Shown piece after piece: positions 29,404-35,768 of a DNA stretch of 35,768 nucleotides. The notes beneath the pieces are model-generated. The model saw only the letters and a list, made by a program, of their open reading frames with translations. It did not search any database and had not been told where the DNA came from. Both the position numbers and the translations under genes were made by a program. The number at the start of each line of letters is the position of its first letter. The stretch's first letter is position 1. The DNA is from a bacterium (lineage in GTDB: Bacteria > Patescibacteriota > Saccharimonadia > Saccharimonadales > UBA4665): the NCBI GenBank assembly GCA_021806285.1, contig JAJZYA010000001.1:1-35768 (forward strand), given 5' to 3'.

Positions 29404-29432
29404 ATTATACCACTCGGGAATAATACTTGCAA
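29404..29432 (-). promoter_or_regulatory. ssrA promoter TTGCAA-17nt-TATAAT with extended -10 TG
   Basis: Minus strand reads TTGCAA GTATTATTCCCGAGTGG TATAAT, 10 nt upstream of the mature tmRNA 5' end. Confidence 0.8.
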
Positions 29433-29518
29433 TTGCCATAATTTAGTTGCATAATATTTTATCTTTTGAAGTAGCTTTATAACTCTAGATCAGAAAGAGA
29501 AATTGAGAATTTATTAAA

Positions 29519-30313
29519 TTAATGAAGTAAATTAAAAAGCTTTATCCAGGTATCTAAACTTAGTTCTTGAGCTCGAATTTTTGGATTTAGTTTCAATTTT
29601 TCTAAGCTTACCGGGATTTCATTTTTATAGACATTTTTAAGATTATTTTGAAGAGTTTTTCTTTTTGAACTAAAAGCCACTTTTATTAATTTAAATAGTT
29701 TTTGACTATCTGATTTATTTAGGGGCAAATTCTTTTTTGGCTCTAATATTACTATCATAGAATCTACTTTCGGAATTGGTTCAAAGAGATCCCTTCGAAC
29801 AAATGGACCTTTATAGACATTAAAATAATACTGAGCAATAAGTCCTAGTACGGAATAATCTTTAGGTCCAGCACTAAGACGTTCGGCAATTTCTTTCTGG
29901 ACCAGTAGAATTGTCTTAGCTGGTTTATTATCTAAGTCAGCAAGTATACGAATAAGATTAGAAGTTAGGTAGTATGGTATGTTGGCTACGATTTTATATT
30001 CTTTAGGTAATTTACTAAAATCAAATTTTAGAATACTTTCGTTATATATTTCAAAATCTTCCAGCTTCAAATCTATTAACATTTGAGATAAAACAGGGTC
30101 TACCTCTACGGCTATAACATGACATTTTTTAATCAATTTCAAGGTCAAATTACCAGTTCCTGGACCTATTTCTAGAACATTGTCTTTCTTTGATAGTTCG
30201 GCTAAATCAACTATTTTATCTAGGATGACTGGATCTTTTAGCCAATGTTGTCCTAAGCTCTTGTTAGCTTTTACATTACCAGTTTCTGTTATGTACCCAG
30301 TGGATATAGGCAT
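29519..30313 (-). CDS. rsmA: 16S rRNA m6,2A dimethyltransferase RsmA/KsgA (start uncertain)
   Basis: KSLGQHWL, VLEIGPGTG, VANIPYY, QKEIAERL, PIPKVDS and RKTLQNNL. Confidence 0.93.
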   Translation of the reverse strand: MPISTGYITETGNVKANKSLGQHWLKDPVILDKIVDLAELSKKDNVLEIGPGTGNLTLKLIKKCHVIAVEVDPVLSQMLIDLKLEDFEIYNESILKFDFSKLPKEYKIVANIPYYLTSNLIRILADLDNKPAKTILLVQKEIAERLSAGPKDYSVLGLIAQYYFNVYKGPFVRRDLFEPIPKVDSMIVILEPKKNLPLNKSDSQKLFKLIKVAFSSKRKTLQNNLKNVYKNEIPVSLEKLKLNPKIRAQELSLDTWIKLFNLLH

Positions 30314-31553
30314 TGTACCATCCTCCATATCTAGCATTTGCATAAGAATTACACCACTCTAGCTGCGTAATCGGGTTTGTGGCCCAATCCGCACCAGCAC
30401 TGGACATTTTATATCCAGGAGTAGCTTGACATAAACCATATCCATTAGGAGTATAAGCATTATCGGGAATGGCCGGACAATAATGCTCGCCCTGGGCTTT
30501 AGTGGGGCACCAACCAGATTCATGACTAATTATATAGTCTGCATACTGATAATCGTTTGGAGGTATTCCAGCTAGAGCCATATCTCCTTTTATACCACTC
30601 AGACTGGTCCCTTCGACGACTATTTCTGTAACAGGTTGAACAGTTACGATTGTCTGCATTTCAGTCGATGAAACAACTAAATTATTTTGGGTTTGATCTT
30701 CATAGGTAATAACTTCTTGACCTGCAGAACCTTGCTGCCTGACAGCACTTGTGCCGTAAGCCAAACTTGAAGAATAAATTGTTTGAATCGGCATAGGGAT
30801 TGATTGAGTTATTGTCGAAATTTTAATTCCTTTTCTTACTATATAGACGACTTTGTTGGCTGTAAGAGTAGAATCTAAGGCTGGTACCACCTCGTTTTTT
30901 GATATTAATTTAATATGCTCTTTTTTAATAAGCTCACCCACGGTTTTAGCATGTGTTCTAATTAAAATATTTTTGCCATACAGGTTCAAATTAATGGGCG
31001 TAGCTGGGTTGATAACTACACTCTGTCCAATAACACCACTTTTTAGAAAATTTGATGTAGGAGTGGCATAAACATAGTCTTCTGGATAAATTTTAATTCC
31101 AGCCTGTTGCACCACCGCTCTTGGAGTTTTGGCGGCTGAATATGTAAAAACTACGCCACTAGGAGTATTGATGGCAATTGGTTTAGCTCTAAAAATATTA
31201 ATTCTAAAGTCATCTTGATTAATGGAAGTGTTTAAGGCTGGTTCAACAACGTCACCGTGATGTAATACGATGTGAAGCTTAGCTAATAATATCTTAACCG
31301 TCTTATCTTTAGTTGGCACGACTTGTTGAATACCATCATAAGATATAATTACTATTTTGGAATCTGGGACAACTTCGATTGTTTGACTATTTTGAACAAA
31401 ATGATAAAGAACTAAAGTAACTAAGCTTAAAGATAAAATCGTAATAACAGGAACCTTTACTCCCGGATGCCTAATGATATGTCTAAGCCTTCTTATCTGT
31501 CTTCTTTTGAATCGGATAAGCTTATATAAAAATGATCGTTTATTTAGCTTCAT
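30276..31553 (-). CDS. YabE/RpfB-like protein: TM, DUF348 repeats, G5 domain, lysozyme-like transglycosylase
   Basis: Ubiquitin-like repeats (TVKILL..D.VEP), G5-like VRQQGSAG...PVTEIVVEGT, catalytic HESGW, GYGLCQA and NPITQLEW; directly upstream of rsmA. Confidence 0.85.
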   Translation of the reverse strand: MKLNKRSFLYKLIRFKRRQIRRLRHIIRHPGVKVPVITILSLSLVTLVLYHFVQNSQTIEVVPDSKIVIISYDGIQQVVPTKDKTVKILLAKLHIVLHHGDVVEPALNTSINQDDFRINIFRAKPIAINTPSGVVFTYSAAKTPRAVVQQAGIKIYPEDYVYATPTSNFLKSGVIGQSVVINPATPINLNLYGKNILIRTHAKTVGELIKKEHIKLISKNEVVPALDSTLTANKVVYIVRKGIKISTITQSIPMPIQTIYSSSLAYGTSAVRQQGSAGQEVITYEDQTQNNLVVSSTEMQTIVTVQPVTEIVVEGTSLSGIKGDMALAGIPPNDYQYADYIISHESGWCPTKAQGEHYCPAIPDNAYTPNGYGLCQATPGYKMSSAGADWATNPITQLEWCNSYANARYGGWYNAYIHWVHNRNW

Positions 31554-31632
31554 ATAATAATGAACGTAGAAATTAGAATATAAAGGAAATTTAATTAGCT
31601 ACGTACTTATTTAATTGTAGCAGATATTAGGT

Positions 31633-32100
31633 TTAGGATTTTAAATTTTGAATAAAACATACACTTTGATCTTCAATTAGATTCGGATTTTTAATTAAAT
31701 CATTAATTTTAAACCACCTAACATCTACTATTTCTATTTTTTTAATGATGTTGGTCGTTGGTTTGTGATCAAGTTTAGTTTTATAAAATATTAAAAACAA
31801 CTTAAAAATTAAATATTTATAAACCACTTCGTTTTCTTTAACAATATTGGTATTTCTTAATTTGATACCTGTTTCTTCATAAACTTCTCTAATAGCAGCA
31901 TCTCTATAATCTTCATGTTTCTTGGTACCACCTCCAGGAAATCCCCATTTATTATCTGAGATAAGGGACCTAACCATTAATACTTCATCTTTATATATGA
32001 TCGCGACTCTATTACGTTTAGATTTGTTTATTAATAAAAAAATGAATGGTTTAAAAACTACGAATATTATATTTCCGAATACTTTAAAAAGTTTTTTCAT
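31633..32100 (-). CDS. NUDIX hydrolase
   Basis: Nudix box GGTKKHEDYRDAAIREVYEETGI. Confidence 0.9.
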   Translation of the reverse strand: MKKLFKVFGNIIFVVFKPFIFLLINKSKRNRVAIIYKDEVLMVRSLISDNKWGFPGGGTKKHEDYRDAAIREVYEETGIKLRNTNIVKENEVVYKYLIFKLFLIFYKTKLDHKPTTNIIKKIEIVDVRWFKINDLIKNPNLIEDQSVCFIQNLKS

Positions 32101-34229
32101 ACTTTCTCTATTTTAGCGAAACTTAAGTTAATCTTTTTAAGACCCTTACCCTTAAAATAGATGGCCGCGAAATCACCGTCCATTTCCATAACAGTTCCTC
32201 TCCCAAAATAATCATGGTTGATTTGATCTCCAATATTTAGTTCTGGTATTATCCAAACTTCGTCATTTGCGGGTTTAGGGTCAACATATTCGTTTAAAAA
32301 ATAGGGTTCTTTATTCTGTGAGAATTCTGCGTCAATATCTTCTAGAAAACGACTCGGAGTATTATGTTGAACTCCTCCAAAGAGCATTCGAGAGGCAGCG
32401 TATAGCATATATAATTCTTTTTTGGCACGAGTCATACCGACATAACAAAGTCTCCTTTCCTCCTCCATTTCACTAGCATCATACAAAGATCTGGAATGAG
32501 GGAATATGGTCTCTTCCATCCCACTCATAAAGACAACTTCAAACTCTAAACCTTTTGCCGAATGAAGTGTCATTAAAGTGACAGAATTTTTAGCATCATT
32601 CATTGAATCTAAATCCGATATTAAAGCCACCTCTTCCAGAAAACCAGCTAGACCTAATTCTTGATATTCACTGGCAACACTTAAAAGTTCCTTGACGTTT
32701 TCCTTACGTGATTCTCCTTGAATAGTGCCGTCGTCTAAATACTTATAGTAATCTAGTCTTCTAATTAAAGAATCAATTAAGCCACTTAAATGGGTGCTGC
32801 TTTCAATTTTTCTTAAACTGTTTAGTATTTCAAATAAATCGTTTAAACCTTCTCTAGCCTTATTAGACAAGTCTTGACACTGATCTATAAGCTCTAAGGC
32901 TTTAAAAATGCTACCTTGCAACGTTGCAAATTCCCAAAAAACATTGAGACTTTTAGGTCCCAGAGATCGTCTTGGAACATTAATAATTCTCTCTAGGGAC
33001 GACCTGTCTTCAGGCTGATAGATTAATCTTAGATAAGCAATAATATCTTTTATTTCTTTTCGTTCATAAAATTTAACACCACCTACTATATGATAATTTA
33101 GGCCATTTCTTACAAAAGCTTCTTCTAGTGATCGACTTTGAGCATTCGTCCGATAAAGAACGGCAAAATCTTTTAATTGACGATGTCCCATACTAACTTC
33201 GTCTTTAATCTTATTGATTATAAAATCAGCTTCAGCTCTCTCGTTATTTACTTGAATTACTTGAACCGGCTTACCACTAATTTGATCTGTCCATAATTTT
33301 TTATCACTCCTGTTGTCATTTTTGGATATGACGGCATAAGCGGCGTCTAATATCTCTTTAGTTGATCGATAATTTTGCTCTAATTTAATTATTTTAGTAT
33401 TTTTAAAATCTTTTTCGAAATTCAGAATATTTCTAAAATCTGCCCCTCTCCAGCTGTATATGCTTTGCCAATCGTCTCCCACAACCGCTAAGTTTGGATT
33501 GTTCTTAGAACTTAAGAGCTTAACCAGCTTATATTGGGAGGCATTGGTGTCCTGATATTCATCTATAAGAATATATTTAAATTTGGATTGCCATTTATTT
33601 CGAATTTCCTTATTTTTAACAAATAATTCTACGGTTTTTGCTATTAGATCATCAAAATCTAAGGCGGCAGCATCTTTTAGTTCTTTTTCATACTTAGGAT
33701 AAAGTTCCGATGCAATCTTTTGAGTTGGATTAAATGCTAGATCATGAATCTCTTCGGAATCTAACATTTCATTTTTAGCATTACTTATAAAATTTAAGAC
33801 TTCCCTTTTGGAATATTCTTTTTCACTGATTCCATTATTCTTAAAAAGTCTTTTAATTACAGATAATTGATCACTTTCGTCAAAAATAACAAAGTTTCTA
33901 GGAATTTTTAAATAAGACCCGTCTTCTCTTAGTATCTTCACACAAATACTATGAAAAGTACCCATAAAAGGCATGAAATAATAATTATTTGGAGACTTAA
34001 GAAGATCTGCAATCCTTTCTCTCATTTCATTGGCTGCTTTATTGGTGAAGGTTACAGCTAAGATCTCATTAGGGTTGGCTAAATGCTCATAGAGAATATA
34101 GGCGATCCGATGAACCAAAGTTTTAGTTTTACCACTTCCAGCACCAGCCTGTATTAATAACGGACCCTCCGTAGAAGTTACAGCATCTCTTTGTTGGTCA
34201 TTTAAACCAACTAATAAGTCTTCAAGCAT
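32097..34229 (-). CDS. pcrA: ATP-dependent DNA helicase PcrA/UvrD
   Basis: AGAGSGKT, VTFTNKAA, DEYQD, VGDDWQSIYSWRGA, LEQNYRS, TLHSAKGLEF and YVGMTRA; likely start ATG 34229. Confidence 0.97.
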   Translation of the reverse strand: MLEDLLVGLNDQQRDAVTSTEGPLLIQAGAGSGKTKTLVHRIAYILYEHLANPNEILAVTFTNKAANEMRERIADLLKSPNNYYFMPFMGTFHSICVKILREDGSYLKIPRNFVIFDESDQLSVIKRLFKNNGISEKEYSKREVLNFISNAKNEMLDSEEIHDLAFNPTQKIASELYPKYEKELKDAAALDFDDLIAKTVELFVKNKEIRNKWQSKFKYILIDEYQDTNASQYKLVKLLSSKNNPNLAVVGDDWQSIYSWRGADFRNILNFEKDFKNTKIIKLEQNYRSTKEILDAAYAVISKNDNRSDKKLWTDQISGKPVQVIQVNNERAEADFIINKIKDEVSMGHRQLKDFAVLYRTNAQSRSLEEAFVRNGLNYHIVGGVKFYERKEIKDIIAYLRLIYQPEDRSSLERIINVPRRSLGPKSLNVFWEFATLQGSIFKALELIDQCQDLSNKAREGLNDLFEILNSLRKIESSTHLSGLIDSLIRRLDYYKYLDDGTIQGESRKENVKELLSVASEYQELGLAGFLEEVALISDLDSMNDAKNSVTLMTLHSAKGLEFEVVFMSGMEETIFPHSRSLYDASEMEEERRLCYVGMTRAKKELYMLYAASRMLFGGVQHNTPSRFLEDIDAEFSQNKEPYFLNEYVDPKPANDEVWIIPELNIGDQINHDYFGRGTVMEMDGDFAAIYFKGKGLKKINLSFAKIEKV

Positions 34230-34235
34230 CAATAT

Positions 34236-34244
34236 ATTTTAACA
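34236..34244 (-). promoter_or_regulatory. Extended -10 (TGtTAAAAT) 6 nt before the pcrA ATG, probable leaderless promoter
   Basis: Minus strand reads TGTTAAAAT-ATATTG-ATG. Confidence 0.55.
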
Positions 34245-34270
34245 ATTTTTTAGGTTAATTAGCTAATATT

Positions 34271-35143
34271 TTAAATTTTGATTAGACCCGCATTAGACGC
34301 TATAAACAGCCAAGCTATAATTAAAATTATGCTCAATATTGTTCCGAGTATGACAAATCTTTTTGTTTTTTTCTTTTGAGTTCTATTTATTGGTAAAAAA
34401 TATTGCTTACTTTCTATCATACGATTAATCTCTTGAAGTCTTTTTTGTTCTTCTGCTTCTTTTAGTTGAGCGACCTTTTCTTCACTAGATTCATTAACTT
34501 GTTTTTTATTAATTAAGGAGTTGGTAGCGTCTTCATTTTGAAAGTCTTTTGAGCTATCTTCTTGATTAGACTGTGGACCCACAATATTACTAATTTCTGG
34601 AGTTGAAATATCAGATTGATCAACATTTGGTTTATCGCTAGCTTGATTTAAAGTATAAGATTCGGGTTTACTATCATTAGTTTCTTGATCTTTAGTTGCG
34701 TCTTGCGGATGATCTTCAATCGGTAGTTTTAAATTATCCCGATCCGTTTCTTCGTTTGAAGCGTTTAGATCTTCATTGGCCTGCGTTTTTAAGTCATCAT
34801 CTGGAACAACAATATTTAATTTACTTTTTTCATGTTCTGATGGAGCAAGTAAAGTCTCAGGTTCATCTTTAGTTTCGATATCATCTTTTATATTATCCCT
34901 GAGTGGTTCAATATTAATTTTTCTGGATAAAGTTTTTGGAAGATCAGGAGGTCCCAATGGTTCTTCTTGGTCAACCCTATCACTTTCTAAACTAGGATCG
35001 TGATTATCACTTATCATGGGATCTATTAAGATAGGATTAGATTTTATAATAATATTTTTAGAATTCTCAGAAGGTTTAGTTGAACCCGGACTTAAAACAT
35101 CCATAACTTTTTTCTTATTTTGATTTTTTTTAGATGGCACCAC
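34271..35143 (-). CDS. Hypothetical tail-anchored protein, acidic and likely disordered
   Basis: 290 aa, D/E/P/N-rich, basic patch then C-terminal TM FVILGTILSIILIIAWLFIA; GTG start overlaps the tpiA stop. Confidence 0.78.
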   Translation of the reverse strand: MVPSKKNQNKKKVMDVLSPGSTKPSENSKNIIIKSNPILIDPMISDNHDPSLESDRVDQEEPLGPPDLPKTLSRKINIEPLRDNIKDDIETKDEPETLLAPSEHEKSKLNIVVPDDDLKTQANEDLNASNEETDRDNLKLPIEDHPQDATKDQETNDSKPESYTLNQASDKPNVDQSDISTPEISNIVGPQSNQEDSSKDFQNEDATNSLINKKQVNESSEEKVAQLKEAEEQKRLQEINRMIESKQYFLPINRTQKKKTKRFVILGTILSIILIIAWLFIASNAGLIKI

Positions 35144-35768
35144 TAATTTCCTTTTATTAAATATGCTTTATTTATTATTTTTGCAAATTCTTGGTAGTTT
35201 AGACTTGCTCCACCAACTAAAGCTCCATCACAATTTTCTAGAGCCAAATAACTTGAAACACTATCGGAGTTTACACTACCACCATACAAAATTCTAACTT
35301 CTGCAGACACTTTTGGACCATATAGTTCAGATATTTGATAAACTATGAAGTCAATAACTCTTTGAATATCTTGGGGTTTAGCAACTTCTCCCTGGAATGT
35401 ACTAATGGCCCAAACAGGCTCATAGGCTATTACTATAGTTCGAATCTCTTCAGCTGTTAAATTACTTAAGGCTGTTACTAACTGATCGTGAATAACTCGT
35501 TTAGTCTCTCCACTCGTTCGTTCGGCTTTTGTTTCACCGATACACAAAATGGGGGTTAGACCGTTTCGGTAACAAGCTGCGACTTTATCTCGAATCATTT
35601 CAAGGTCCTCATGGAAGAAAAGTCTTCTTTCACTATGACCGATAATCACATACTTAACTAAATCTCTTAACATCGAGAAGCTCACTTCTCCAGTAAAAGC
35701 TCCTTCATCTTTATGGTATGCATTTTGAGCGGCTAATTTAATTTTACGATGATCAACTTCTAAACTTA
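35143..35768 (-). CDS. tpiA: Triosephosphate isomerase (5'-partial)
   Basis: AQN...GAFTGEVS, IIGHSERR, AYEPVWAI, LYGGSV and LVGGASL; frame stays open to the window edge. Confidence 0.97.
   Translation of the reverse strand, partial: SLEVDHRKIKLAAQNAYHKDEGAFTGEVSFSMLRDLVKYVIIGHSERRLFFHEDLEMIRDKVAACYRNGLTPILCIGETKAERTSGETKRVIHDQLVTALSNLTAEEIRTIVIAYEPVWAISTFQGEVAKPQDIQRVIDFIVYQISELYGPKVSAEVRILYGGSVNSDSVSSYLALENCDGALVGGASLNYQEFAKIINKAYLIKGN

Overview
AT-rich, densely packed bacterial chromosome segment, with almost all genes on the minus strand and many TAATG/ATGA stop-start overlaps. TGA acts as a stop, so this is standard code 11. Gene content and protein style suggest a Candidate Phyla Radiation (Patescibacteria) genome, most likely Saccharibacteria (inference). 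Housekeeping genes: rplY, dedA, uvrA, sbcB, obgE, mltG, ruvX, short alaS, mnmA, iscS, tatD, metG, rsmA, pcrA and a partial tpiA. Also present are a LysM-CHAP hydrolase, a G5/lytic transglycosylase, a GH37 trehalase, a NUDIX hydrolase, and a tmRNA (28994-29393, minus) not shown in the ORF track that encodes an unusually long 29-residue tag. Two modules stand out. (1) A six-gene divergent F1-like ATPase cluster (b-like, delta-like, alpha, gamma, beta, truncated epsilon) with no a or c subunit genes and with altered beta adenine-pocket and DELSEED motifs, lying between iscS and mnmA. (2) An FtsA paralogue with no adjacent ftsZ, tightly coupled to a large single-pass membrane protein, lying between alaS and ruvX-mltG. 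No mobile elements, CRISPR arrays, tRNAs or rRNAs were seen.
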